From Bacteroidota bacterium (GTDB lineage: Bacteria > Bacteroidota > Bacteroidia > Chitinophagales > Saprospiraceae): a stretch of DNA of 64,000 bases. Location of the stretch: NCBI GenBank assembly GCA_963169325.1, contig CAUJEY010000248.1, positions 4,710-68,709 of the forward strand, read 5' to 3'. A program made the translations under genes and the position numbers. Below the pieces are notes generated by a model. It saw nothing but the letters and a program-made list of their open reading frames with translations, did not search any database and was not told where the DNA came from. Below are positions 17,642-27,634 of the stretch, piece after piece. Positions within the stretch are counted from its first letter, which is position 1, and every line of letters starts with the position of its first letter.

Positions 17642-20600
17642 ATGCAAAAAATAAACGATCAGCGCCCATTAAATACCTTTTACCCCGCTTTTGTTCTCAT
17701 CCTGGTTTTAATTTCCCTCGCCGCCTGTCAATCCGACAAAAAAGGCCCGGCAGATGACGATATCGCGCCGCCCGCCGATGCGCTTTTCCAAAAAGTACCC
17801 TCGTCCGAAAGTAATATCCTTTTTAAAACGGAAGTAAAAGAGGATTTTACCAACAACATCGTGCTCAACGCTAACTTCTACAACGGCGGCGGGGTCGGCG
17901 TAATCGACGTCAACAACGACGGCTTGCAGGACCTCTTTTTTTCCTCCACGACCGGCTCCTGTAAACTATACCTCAACCAGGGCAATTTTAAATTTAAGGA
18001 CATCACGACCATGGCCGGCGTGGCCACACCGAACGGCTTCAAAACCGGCATCGCCATTGCCGACGTGAACGGCGACGGCTGGCAGGATATCTACCTCTGC
18101 CGGGCTGGCCTGCAACCCGGGGAATACCGCCATAACGTGTTGTATATCAACAACTGGAACAATACCTTTTCCGAAAGCGCCGCCGACTACGGCGTAGACG
18201 ACCCCTCCGCGAGCAACTGCGCCAACTTCTTCGACTATGACCTCGACGGCGACCTCGACCTTTTCGTCATCAACTTCCCCGGTGATTTCAACCTGGCGCA
18301 TCACATGGACCTCGTGCAACAAGACGACGGAACCATCGTCCGCAATAAAACCCCTAAAACGGAACTTGAATCGGACCGGCTCTACCGGAATAATGGAAAC
18401 GGAACCTTTACCAATGTCAGCAAACAAGCCGGCATCGAAGACCGCGCCTTCGGACTGAGCAGTATTGCCATCGACTGGAACGGCGACCACTGGCCCGATA
18501 TCCTCATCGCCAACGACTATATCGAACCCGATTACCTCTACATCAACAACCGCAACGGCACCTTCTCCGAGCAGGCCGCTAAAAGCTTCCGGCACCAGTC
18601 CAACCACACCATGGGCACCGATGTAACCGACATCAACGGCGACGGTCTGCCCGACCTGATCGCCCTCGACATGCTGGCCGAAGACTACCCGCGCCAAAAA
18701 ACCCTGAGCACCATCATGAAAGAGGAGCGCTACCGCACCCTTACCAGCCAGGGCTACGGCCATCAGATGATGCGCAACGTATTGCAACTGAACAACGGCC
18801 CCCTCGGCAGCAGCGCCGGGCAAACACCCACCTTCAGCGAAATCGGCTGCCTCGCCGGCGTGTTTCAAACCGACTGGAGCTGGAGCGTTTTGTCGCAGGA
18901 CTACGACCTCGACGGCTGGCCCGACATCTTCATCACCAACGGCTACCGCCGCGACGTGACCGACCTGGACTACGTACAATTCACCGACGACTCCATCAAC
19001 AGAACCTACGGCGGCATCAGCCCCAAATACTTTAAGACCATATACGACTACCTCGACCTGATCCCCTCCGTCAAACTCCGCAACTACATGTACCGCAACA
19101 AAGGCGATTTGACCTTTGAAAATACGACCATCCAATGGGGTTTTACCGATAAAACCTTTTCCAACGGCTCGGCCTATGCCGACCTCGACAACGACGGCGA
19201 CCTCGATATGGTGGTCAGCAACATCGAAAGCGAAGCCCTCGTGTACCGCAATACCGCCGCCGACGCCAAAAAAGGCGCCTGGCTTCAGATTCATATCGAA
19301 GGCGCAAAAGGCAACTCCACCGGTATCGGAACCCTCGCCCGGGTTACGGCCGGCGGGCGAACCTGGCAGCAGGAACTCACCCCCATCCGGGGTTTTTATT
19401 CCAGCAGCGAACCGGTGCTGTATTTCGGGCTCGGCGACGCAAAACATATCGACAAAATAGAAGTGTTGTTTCCGCCGGGCAACAAATTGATCACCCTCGA
19501 AAACCAGCCGGTCAACCAGCGCCTGAAACTGAAAGCCGCCGATGCCAAACCCGGCAGCCTGCCGCCGATGGTGCCATACCAACCCGCTCATTTCAACGAA
19601 ATCGCCGGCGCGGCGGGCGCCAACTTCGTACACAAAGAAGACGATTACCGCGATTTTGACAACGAACGGCTCCTGCCCTGGCGCATGTCGGCCCCTGGGC
19701 CCTACTTAGCCACGGGCGATGTGAACGGCGACAAACTCGACGACTTTTATATCGGCGGTGCAGCCGGCTCGGCCGGGGCCATGTTTATGCAACAAGCCAA
19801 CGGGCAATTCACCCGAACCAGCCAGGTAACCTGGAATATCGACGCCCTCAACGAAGACGCCGGCGCAGCCATTTTTGATGCCGACGCCGACGGCGATAAC
19901 GACCTGTTTGTGGCGAGCGGCGGCAACAGCGCGCCCGCCGGCAATGAAAAATACCGGCCGCGCTTATACCTGAATGACGGGAAAGGCAATTTCACCAAAG
20001 CCGAACAGGCCCTGCCCGCGCTGGCAGACAGCGGTTCCGCAGTGGAGACCTTCGATTTCGACGGCGACGGCGACCTGGATGTTTTCCTCGGCGGCTGGGG
20101 TGTGCCCGGCGCCTACCCGATGACACCCGGCAGCCATATCTTGCGAAACGACAAAGGGCGTTTCACCGATGTCACCGCCCAGGTAGCGCCCGGCTTCGCC
20201 AAATGCGGGATGGTCCGGGCCATCGCGTTTGCCGACCTGAACGGCGACCAAAAAGCCGAAATGCTCGTCGCCGGCGAATGGATGCCCCTCACAGTTTTTC
20301 AATTCAAAAATGGAAAATTTGAAGACGCCACGGCGGCCTTCGGTCTCGACCAATCGAACGGCTTTTGGCGCAGCCTGGCCCTGGCCGATTTCGACGGCGA
20401 CGGCGATACCGACATCGTAGCCGGCAACCTGGGTCTGAACACGCGCCTGACCGCTGCGCCCGCGGCGCCCTTGTTTATTTACGCCAAAGATTTTGATAAA
20501 AACGGCAGCATCGATCCGCTGATGAGTTATACCAAAGACGGGGTGGAATACCCGCTGGCCCTGCGGGAAGTGTTGCTCAAACAACTGCCGGGGCTCAAGA

Positions 20601-21064
20601 AAAAATTTGTGCGCAACACGCCCTACGCCTACGCCGACCTGGAAGACGTATTCCCCCGCGCCGAACTAAACACGGCCCAGCGCTTCAGCGCCTCTGAGTT
20701 GCGCACCGCTTATTTTGAAAATAAAGGTGGAAAATTTGTATTGAAACCCCTGCCCAACGCCGCACAAATCGCCCCTGCCCAGGCCATCGTTGCCGCCGAC
20801 CTGAACGCCGACGGCAAACCCGACCTTGTGCTGGTAGGCAACGACTATGGCCAGCAAATCGAAACCGGCCCCATCGACTCGGGCAACGGCATCGTATTGC
20901 TGAACGACGGCAAAGGAAATTTCAGTCCGCGCCCGGCCTGCCAGTCGGGCCTGTGGGCGACGCTCGACGCGCGTTCGGCAAAACTGATCGCTACCGCAAA
21001 TGGCAAAAAACGGCTGTTGGTAGGAAATAATAACGATAAAATGCAGGTGTTTGAATTGAAATAA
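17642..21064 (+). CDS. FG-GAP/VCBS repeat protein with ASPIC/UnbV domain (CRTAC1-like)
   Basis: Lipoprotein-like signal. Repeated DxNxDGxxD motifs (DVNNDGLQDLFF, DVNGDGWQDIYL, DLDNDGDLDMVV...). UnbV-like GIGTLARVTAGGRTWQQEL...YFGLGD. Confidence 0.8.
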   Translation: MQKINDQRPLNTFYPAFVLILVLISLAACQSDKKGPADDDIAPPADALFQKVPSSESNILFKTEVKEDFTNNIVLNANFYNGGGVGVIDVNNDGLQDLFFSSTTGSCKLYLNQGNFKFKDITTMAGVATPNGFKTGIAIADVNGDGWQDIYLCRAGLQPGEYRHNVLYINNWNNTFSESAADYGVDDPSASNCANFFDYDLDGDLDLFVINFPGDFNLAHHMDLVQQDDGTIVRNKTPKTELESDRLYRNNGNGTFTNVSKQAGIEDRAFGLSSIAIDWNGDHWPDILIANDYIEPDYLYINNRNGTFSEQAAKSFRHQSNHTMGTDVTDINGDGLPDLIALDMLAEDYPRQKTLSTIMKEERYRTLTSQGYGHQMMRNVLQLNNGPLGSSAGQTPTFSEIGCLAGVFQTDWSWSVLSQDYDLDGWPDIFITNGYRRDVTDLDYVQFTDDSINRTYGGISPKYFKTIYDYLDLIPSVKLRNYMYRNKGDLTFENTTIQWGFTDKTFSNGSAYADLDNDGDLDMVVSNIESEALVYRNTAADAKKGAWLQIHIEGAKGNSTGIGTLARVTAGGRTWQQELTPIRGFYSSSEPVLYFGLGDAKHIDKIEVLFPPGNKLITLENQPVNQRLKLKAADAKPGSLPPMVPYQPAHFNEIAGAAGANFVHKEDDYRDFDNERLLPWRMSAPGPYLATGDVNGDKLDDFYIGGAAGSAGAMFMQQANGQFTRTSQVTWNIDALNEDAGAAIFDADADGDNDLFVASGGNSAPAGNEKYRPRLYLNDGKGNFTKAEQALPALADSGSAVETFDFDGDGDLDVFLGGWGVPGAYPMTPGSHILRNDKGRFTDVTAQVAPGFAKCGMVRAIAFADLNGDQKAEMLVAGEWMPLTVFQFKNGKFEDATAAFGLDQSNGFWRSLALADFDGDGDTDIVAGNLGLNTRLTAAPAAPLFIYAKDFDKNGSIDPLMSYTKDGVEYPLALREVLLKQLPGLKKKFVRNTPYAYADLEDVFPRAELNTAQRFSASELRTAYFENKGGKFVLKPLPNAAQIAPAQAIVAADLNADGKPDLVLVGNDYGQQIETGPIDSGNGIVLLNDGKGNFSPRPACQSGLWATLDARSAKLIATANGKKRLLVGNNNDKMQVFELK

Positions 21065-21070
21065 CCTCTC

Positions 21071-21155
21071 CAATGACCCAAATGACCCAATTACGCAATG
21101 ACCTAATGACCCAATGACCCCAATGACCCCAATGACCTAATGACGTAATGACCCA
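21071..21155. repeat. One-armed array of about 10 AATGACC(C/T)N 8-9-mers
   Basis: CAATGACCCAAATGACCCAATTACGCAATGACCTAATGACCCAATGACCCCAATGACCCCAATGACCTAATGACGTAATGACCCAC. It starts 7 nt after the stop at 21064. Confidence 0.8.
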
Positions 21156-21279
21156 CTAGCACGGTGCGCAAAATAGGCGCCGGGTATGACGCCGGGCATT
21201 GTTTAACGGCAGATCAGGGGAGAATCTTTAGAATGCCATTTTAAATTTCTGATGATTCTCATGCCAAAACTTGATCGCC

Positions 21280-24200
21280 ATGCGCTACATCTTTAATATT
21301 TGTATAGGGATTATATTGCTTGTTCAGTTAGCGACGGCACAAAACTATCAATTGGATCCCTCTTTTCACCACAATGGATACCTCATCCACGACTTCGGCC
21401 GGGGCCCCGACGAGGCTGCAAGTGTTGCCTTGCTGCCCGGCGGAAAATTCCTCCTGGGCGGAACGGGCTGGAACGGGGGGATCGATTTTATGGTCGCCCG
21501 TTTTCATGCCGACGGCTCGCCGGATTTATCGTTCGGTTCCCGGGGGCGGGCATTTATCGATGTTTCGGGCGACGACCGCTTAGTGTACATCAAAGCCCTG
21601 CCCGATGGAAAAATTCTGCTCGCCGGCGCTGCCAATGTCGGAGACTTTAACGGCCCCGTCGCGGGTACCTTTGCGCTGGCCCGCTGCTTAGCCGATGGCC
21701 GTATTGATTCAACTTTCGGCAACAACGGCCGGGTGGTAACCACTCACGGTATTCCCGACAATTACAACAACTACGCCACTGCCGCCCTGGTGCAGCCGGA
21801 TGGCAAAATCCTGCTCGCCGGGAATATTGCCGAGGCCTTTTACCCTCCCGGGGCGGCAGATATCGCCCTGCTCCGTTTCACCCCGGGGGGCGCGCCGGAC
21901 ACAACTTTCGGTACCGGCGGGGTAGCTGCCCTTCAGGTTGGGCCGGGTCATAACGAAGCCAACGGCATCGCCTTGCAGGCAGACGGCAAAATCATCGTCG
22001 CCGGCGTAAGCGATACCCTGAACGGGGACATTATGCTGGTCCGGTTTCACACCAACGGTATAGTGGACACCAGTTTTGGCGACGGTGGCATCACACGCGC
22101 CAACCTGTACGACCCCGACAACGACTTCCCCTTTCATTCGACGGATTACGCTTCGGCAGTACTCGTTCAGCCGGATAGTATGATCGTAGTGGTGGGACAT
22201 TCTTATCACGAATTGCAAACGCGGCATTTGGTCGCCATCCGGTTTTCACCCGACGGCATGCTCGATAAGATTATGCCGGCTGTGCCGGGCGGTATTGGAA
22301 CGCCCGAACAAGATCCGGTATATCAGGATGGTTTGGCAGCAGCCCTGCAACCCGATGGAAAAATCGTGGCAGCGGGTATTTTTTATACGCAACACCCGGA
22401 TTTGGGCCAGGTGCCATCCTTTTTCCTGGTGCGTTTCGACACTGCGGGTAAAACGGACGACGGTTTCGACGGCAACGGCCTGAAAATAATTGACATTGAT
22501 ATTTATGACCGCGCTGCCGCCGTTGCGATTTTGCCTGACGGCAAAATTCTGGCTGCCGGGCATGCTTACGGGCGGTTTGACCAGTATTCCGATTTTAACC
22601 TGGAAAGCGACGTCGCTATGGTTCGCCTCGATTCTGCCGGGGTTTTGGACACCGATTTTGCAAACGCCGGTATTGCCGTTGAGCCGTTCGGTACCAATAC
22701 CGATTGGGGCACCGACGTAGCTGTTTTGCCGGATGGTAAAATACTCGCCGGTGCGGTGATCGACACGCTGTTCCCGTATATCGTGCCGGTCAAACCCGGA
22801 ACGGCAAACGGCAGCTGGTCGAATTATTTAATCCAGAATTTGCCCAATTTCACCGTGGCCCGATACCTGGAGGATGGTACGGCGGATGTTGGTTTCGGTC
22901 AAAACGGCCGTACGGGATTCACCGTAAATGATTTGAATGAATACTATTACGGCAAGGACTATCGCGCTTTGTTTGACGCGCCGTATGCTCCGCTAAAAAC
23001 CGCGATTGCCATTCGCCCCAACGGCAATATTCTGGTGGCCGGTTCTCGGGAATTCGACTTCGGCATCGCAGAGTTTTATCCCGACGGATCGCAGGATTCG
23101 CTGCTCCTCGGCTCCGCAGGATCGCAAATTCCGCAACCGCCTTTTGTACGCCGGATTGATTTCAACTTTGGCTACGACGTGGCCACCGCCATAATAGTGG
23201 ACAGCACGATCAGGCCCATGTTGCTCACGCAGGGTTATACTGCGGCCGGGTACTCCGGTGAAGAAGCCGCCGTGGCCTGGTGCTGCCATACCGTGAACCT
23301 GGGCGGCCTCGGCGCCCGGCGCGCCACGGTCGATGTCGGCCCCTGGTACGAATATGCCACCGCTGTGGGCTACCAGGCAGATACCGCGCTGAACAAGGTG
23401 TACACCGTGGCAGGAGGGTACTACCTCAACGGAGGGAGCGGCAGTTACCCCAGGATGTTCTTGTTTCGCCTGGAAAATGAAGGTGATCATGGTTATAAGT
23501 TGGACACCACATTTGGCGAAGCCGGCATCTTTCGCCATCAAGTTGGCGACACGACCGACCTGATTAACGCTTTTGTAATACAGGAAGACAACTCGATCAT
23601 TGCCGCCGGAGCCGTAGACGACCTCATGGCCGTGTTCCGTTTTCTGCCCGACGGTTCCTTCGATACCGGTTTCGGCAACAATGGCGTGGCACGCCTGACT
23701 GCCGGATTTGCCGCGCAAGACCTGGCGATTCAGCCCAACGGCAGAATCGTCGCCACCGGCTATTCCGCCAATAAGATCGTCACGATCCGGTTACTCTCCA
23801 ACGGTCAACCTGATCCATCGTTTGGCAGTAACGGCGTTTTAACCACCAACCTGCGGGATAAAAAAGACAGGGGCTTTGGGGTAGCCTTGCAGGAAGACGG
23901 CAAAATCGTAGTAACCGGGTCTTCCGATGATCCCTATGCCGGCACGGACTTCCTGTTGTTGCGTTACCTGACCAACTCCAGCATCCCGCCGCTCAACGTC
24001 AGCGCAACCGTTCAGGCGGTCACCTGCCCGGATGGCGACGACGGGCAAATAATCACAACTGTCGCGGGCGGCGTACCACCTTACCAGTTTGCCTGGAATA
24101 TGGGCGACACAGCAACTACCATATCCGGTCTGAATGCAGCCACGTACACCGTGACGGTTACCGACAACCAATCCGGACAAGTGGTATTTGCGATTGACGT

Positions 24201-25404
24201 ACCGGAGCCGGATGCCCTTGCCGCCGACTTTATCATTCAAAACGAAGCCCGGTGCAATAACCAACCCGGCACGGCCTCGTTCACCCCGGCTGGCGGCACC
24301 CCGCCTTATACGCAGGTCTGGTCGTCGGGCCATACCGGTACCACGGCCACTTTGCCGGCCGGCGGTTTCACGCTCACCCTGACGGACAACCATGGCTGCA
24401 CGGACGTTTTCGACGGCATTATGTCGGAGACGCCCGATACGACGCCGCCGCTTATTGCCTGTCCGGCTTTTATTGAAACGCAGGCTTGCAGTACGGGGGT
24501 CCAATACAACCTTCCGCAGGTGATGGACGATTGCGGCGCCACGGATCCGCAACTGGTTTCCGGTCTGCCACCGGGCAGCATTTTCCCGGAAGGCCTCACC
24601 CTCGTCATGTACCAAACCGCTGATATGGCCGGCAACACCGCACAATGTCAGTTCGAGGTGATCGTGGTCAATAACCTGGCACTCGCCATCACGGCCGACC
24701 CGGCCTGCCCGGGCGAACTAAACCAGCTTATAGCCTCAACCGCCGGCGGAACGCTACCCTACGCTTTCGCCTGGAGCAACGGGGACAGTAGTCAGGTGGT
24801 CATGACCGCCGCTTCCGGCCTGTTCACCGTCACGCTGACGGATGCGTTAGGCTGTACCCGTTCTGCAATGGCTTTCGTGCAGGCTTTTCCGCCAATGGAA
24901 GTCACTGCCACCATCACGCCGGCCTGGATTGACTCCTCCAATGGCGGTATCAGCGCCACAGTTAGCAGTGGCGAACCGCCCTACGATTATGCCTGGTATC
25001 GCGCCGGCCAACCGATGGGTACCGGCCCGGTACTCAGCAATATCCCCGGCGGCGATTACACGCTGATTGTAACGGATGCTGCGGGCTGTATGGATACCAC
25101 AGTTTGGAATGTACCGGAAGTGGTTGCCACCACCGAACCGGGAAACGTGTTGCAATGCCGGGTTTACCCCAATCCGTTTACGGAAAAATTGCAGTTGCAA
25201 CTCGAACTGCGCCGCAGTGCCGAGGTGCGCTGGCAAGTTTGCGACCTGACCGGGCGTTGTTATGACGAACATGCCGCGGGGCATACCGGGTATTTGCAGA
25301 CCGAATTGAACACGACAGATTTACCGGCAGGGATGTATTTGTTGTACATCCGGATTGATGGAGATACGGTACAGCGGAAATTGGTGAAGATTGACAAGCG
25401 TTGA
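21280..25404 (+). CDS. Giant T9SS-sorted surface protein: delta-60-type repeats, SprB-like repeats, HYR domain
   Basis: Signal peptide. Many (P)DGKI(L/V)(L/V)AG repeats. GG(T/V)PPY...W SprB-type units. HYR-like TPDTTPPLIACP...CQFEVIV. C-terminal VYPNPFTEKLQLQL. Confidence 0.8.
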   Translation: MRYIFNICIGIILLVQLATAQNYQLDPSFHHNGYLIHDFGRGPDEAASVALLPGGKFLLGGTGWNGGIDFMVARFHADGSPDLSFGSRGRAFIDVSGDDRLVYIKALPDGKILLAGAANVGDFNGPVAGTFALARCLADGRIDSTFGNNGRVVTTHGIPDNYNNYATAALVQPDGKILLAGNIAEAFYPPGAADIALLRFTPGGAPDTTFGTGGVAALQVGPGHNEANGIALQADGKIIVAGVSDTLNGDIMLVRFHTNGIVDTSFGDGGITRANLYDPDNDFPFHSTDYASAVLVQPDSMIVVVGHSYHELQTRHLVAIRFSPDGMLDKIMPAVPGGIGTPEQDPVYQDGLAAALQPDGKIVAAGIFYTQHPDLGQVPSFFLVRFDTAGKTDDGFDGNGLKIIDIDIYDRAAAVAILPDGKILAAGHAYGRFDQYSDFNLESDVAMVRLDSAGVLDTDFANAGIAVEPFGTNTDWGTDVAVLPDGKILAGAVIDTLFPYIVPVKPGTANGSWSNYLIQNLPNFTVARYLEDGTADVGFGQNGRTGFTVNDLNEYYYGKDYRALFDAPYAPLKTAIAIRPNGNILVAGSREFDFGIAEFYPDGSQDSLLLGSAGSQIPQPPFVRRIDFNFGYDVATAIIVDSTIRPMLLTQGYTAAGYSGEEAAVAWCCHTVNLGGLGARRATVDVGPWYEYATAVGYQADTALNKVYTVAGGYYLNGGSGSYPRMFLFRLENEGDHGYKLDTTFGEAGIFRHQVGDTTDLINAFVIQEDNSIIAAGAVDDLMAVFRFLPDGSFDTGFGNNGVARLTAGFAAQDLAIQPNGRIVATGYSANKIVTIRLLSNGQPDPSFGSNGVLTTNLRDKKDRGFGVALQEDGKIVVTGSSDDPYAGTDFLLLRYLTNSSIPPLNVSATVQAVTCPDGDDGQIITTVAGGVPPYQFAWNMGDTATTISGLNAATYTVTVTDNQSGQVVFAIDVPEPDALAADFIIQNEARCNNQPGTASFTPAGGTPPYTQVWSSGHTGTTATLPAGGFTLTLTDNHGCTDVFDGIMSETPDTTPPLIACPAFIETQACSTGVQYNLPQVMDDCGATDPQLVSGLPPGSIFPEGLTLVMYQTADMAGNTAQCQFEVIVVNNLALAITADPACPGELNQLIASTAGGTLPYAFAWSNGDSSQVVMTAASGLFTVTLTDALGCTRSAMAFVQAFPPMEVTATITPAWIDSSNGGISATVSSGEPPYDYAWYRAGQPMGTGPVLSNIPGGDYTLIVTDAAGCMDTTVWNVPEVVATTEPGNVLQCRVYPNPFTEKLQLQLELRRSAEVRWQVCDLTGRCYDEHAAGHTGYLQTELNTTDLPAGMYLLYIRIDGDTVQRKLVKIDKR

Positions 25405-25425
25405 CAAGTAGATTTTTTGAAAAGA

Positions 25426-25525
25426 TTTTAAAACAGACAGGATTTACAGGATCGACAGGGTTGAAACAACTGATAACCGAATTGTTTCAATCCTGTCGAT
25501 CCTGTAAATCCTGTCTGTTTTAAAA
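25426..25525. terminator. 100-bp palindrome (44-bp stem, 1 mismatch, 12-nt loop); candidate bidirectional terminator
   Basis: TTTTAAAACAGACAGGATTTACAGGATCGACAGGGTTGAAACAA / loop CTGATAACCGAA / reverse complement. The arms are built of NNNACAGG 9-mers and flanked by A/T runs. It lies between convergent genes. Confidence 0.5.
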
Positions 25526-25538
25526 AGGTATAATCGCA

Positions 25539-26705
25539 TCACAAAAACGCCGCCACCGCCATTCCCCCCATCAGCGCCACCACCAGCCAGCCCAACCCGG
25601 CCAGCCAACCCGGCGTGGCCCCCTGTGGCACCACGTCGTGCCGCCGCGCTGCCAGCAGCATCACCGCCAACGACACCGGTAAGATGAGACCGTTTAGCGC
25701 GCCCACATAAATCAATGTTTTGACCGGGCGGCCGACAAGCAGAAACACCGCCAGCGAAATGCCGATAAAGACAGCCGTGAGCAAGCGACGGCGGTTTGCC
25801 CATTCGGGCCAGACGGACAATAAAAACGACACCGACGTGAACGTGGCCCCTACCACCGACGTAATGGCCGCCGACCACATCACCACGCCGAAAAAATAAT
25901 ACCCCAAATCGCCGGCCGCCAACCGGAACAGTGACGCCGGCGGGTTAGCCGGATCAATAGCCGCCCCACCGGCCACCACACCCCAGGCTGCCAGAAACAA
26001 CACCACCCGCATAACCGTGGCGATCAGGATGCCGCGCAAGGCGCCCGACTGGGCGGCGCCGGTTTGTTCGGGTCCGCGCACCCCCGCTTCCAGCAGACGA
26101 TGTGCCCCGGCAAACGTGATGTAGCCGCCCACCGTGCCACCCACCAACGTGATCACCGCCTTCCAATCTATTTTCTCCGGAAAAATGGCCTGCGTGAGCA
26201 CAGGTTTCAGCGGTGGATGCGAGGCCAGGGCCGCGTAAGCCGTCAGGGCGATCATGCCTAAGCCCAATACTGCTGTGAAGGTGTCGAGTGCCCGGCCGGC
26301 AGCGCGTTGCCAAAATATGGCCAATGCTATCCCGGCGCTCAACGCGGCGCCCACTCCGGTCGGCAGTCCGGTCAGTACTTGCAGTCCCAATCCCGTACCG
26401 GCCAGGTTGCCGATGTTGAATGCCAGCCCGCCCAGTACAATCAGCACCGTGAGCGCGCGGCCCAAACCGGGCAACATGGCCTCGGCCAACTCGGGGGCCG
26501 GCCGGCCGGCTGCCGTCACGATGCGCCAGATGTTGAGTTGAGCGCCCAGATCGAGCAACACCGAGAGCAAAATCACAAAGGCGAAACTGGCGCCCAGTTC
26601 CACGGTAAACACCGTCGTCTGGGTTAGAAAGCCCGGGCCAATGGCCGAAGTGGCCATGAGGAAAGCGGCGCCGAGCAGGGCGGAGCGGTGTTTAAATGTG
26701 GTCAA
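25539..26705 (-). CDS. NRAMP-family divalent metal transporter-like membrane protein
   Basis: About 11 hydrophobic segments. N-terminal LGAAFLMATSAIGPGFLTQTT motif. The TTG start at 26705 is uncertain because it lies inside a repeat unit. Confidence 0.65.
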   Translation of the reverse strand: MTTFKHRSALLGAAFLMATSAIGPGFLTQTTVFTVELGASFAFVILLSVLLDLGAQLNIWRIVTAAGRPAPELAEAMLPGLGRALTVLIVLGGLAFNIGNLAGTGLGLQVLTGLPTGVGAALSAGIALAIFWQRAAGRALDTFTAVLGLGMIALTAYAALASHPPLKPVLTQAIFPEKIDWKAVITLVGGTVGGYITFAGAHRLLEAGVRGPEQTGAAQSGALRGILIATVMRVVLFLAAWGVVAGGAAIDPANPPASLFRLAAGDLGYYFFGVVMWSAAITSVVGATFTSVSFLLSVWPEWANRRRLLTAVFIGISLAVFLLVGRPVKTLIYVGALNGLILPVSLAVMLLAARRHDVVPQGATPGWLAGLGWLVVALMGGMAVAAFL

Positions 26706-26737
26706 TGTGTTTTAAATGTGGTCAATGTGTTTTAAAG
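26688..26737. repeat. Tandem repeat (2.5 units) of GTGTTTTAAATGTGGTCAAT, same family as 12047-12240
   Basis: AATGTGTTTT(A/G)AATGTGGTCAAT is shared with 12048-12070. The repeat spans the gap between two same-strand genes. Confidence 0.75.
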
Positions 26738-27631
26738 CTCCGCCAGCATCCCTTCCTTCATCGAATACACCGAGGTATAAATTTCTTTCAAACCGCCGCG
26801 CTCCAGCACGTAACGGATCAGGATCATACCAACCACGACCATTTCGCGGCGTTCGGGACTGAGTTGATGCATCTGTTCGCGTTCCAGCAGACTGCTGTTA
26901 ATAATGTGGTTGTACAGCGGCAGAAAACCGCTTGCCGGTATCCAGCCGTACAGGAGAGGTTTGGTGGCGGGGTCGAGCAGGAGATGGTCGATTATATCGA
27001 AGGCGCCTGCTGCACCTACCAGGGTCGCCGTGGGATATTGCGCGAGCGCCGCCCAGAATTCAACCAGGGTGTCGTCTAAAAATTGCTCTACGGCGGCTAT
27101 GTCTCCCGGCGCGATGGGGTCTTTTTTATGAAACTGCCGGTACAAAACAGCCACCCCCACTGGAAAACTCCGGTGCCAGAACACCTGTGAGCGATCGGCC
27201 AGAATAAACTCCACACTGCCGCCTCCGATATCCATCACCAACACCGGATGGTCGGGAAACGGCACAGCCTGCCGCACCCCCTGGTAAATCAGTAAAGCTT
27301 CGCGTTCGCCCCCAATTACTTCGGCGACGATGCCGGTGCGGCGCTGCACCTCCCGGAGAAAGTCCGGGGCATTAGCAGCCGTTCGCAGGGCTGCCGTACC
27401 AAAGGCGGGTACTCCCTCCGGCGGTATGCCAAACCGGATCAGGTGTTCCCTAAAAATTTCCACAGCCGCCAACCCGCGCTCGTAGGCCGCCGGGCCGATC
27501 AGGTGGATCCCCTCTTCCGCCAGCCTTACAAATATACGTTCCCGGTGAACCGTACGCCACTCCTCCCCATCGCGATCCACGATGAGTAAATGAAAGGTAT
27601 TGGTACCTAAGTCGATGACGGCGAATCGCAT
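26732..27631 (-). CDS. Ppx/GppA-family phosphatase
   Basis: MRFAVIDLGTNTFHLLIV and DIGGGSVEF ASKHA-fold motifs. Confidence 0.8.
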   Translation of the reverse strand: MRFAVIDLGTNTFHLLIVDRDGEEWRTVHRERIFVRLAEEGIHLIGPAAYERGLAAVEIFREHLIRFGIPPEGVPAFGTAALRTAANAPDFLREVQRRTGIVAEVIGGEREALLIYQGVRQAVPFPDHPVLVMDIGGGSVEFILADRSQVFWHRSFPVGVAVLYRQFHKKDPIAPGDIAAVEQFLDDTLVEFWAALAQYPTATLVGAAGAFDIIDHLLLDPATKPLLYGWIPASGFLPLYNHIINSSLLEREQMHQLSPERREMVVVGMILIRYVLERGGLKEIYTSVYSMKEGMLAEL

Positions 27632-27634
27632 TTT

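Noticed and set aside
17966-19633. 555-aa ORF on the minus strand
   Set aside because: It is antisense to the FG-GAP/UnbV gene, whose sense translation has clear repeated DxNxDGxxD motifs. The antisense product is Val/Gly/Ala-rich with no motifs, a typical shadow ORF in GC-rich coding DNA.
21071-21155. Possible CRISPR array (also considered for 47386-47531 and 12047-12240)
   Set aside because: The units are only 8-9 nt and directly abut with no unique spacers. There are no cas genes in the window.
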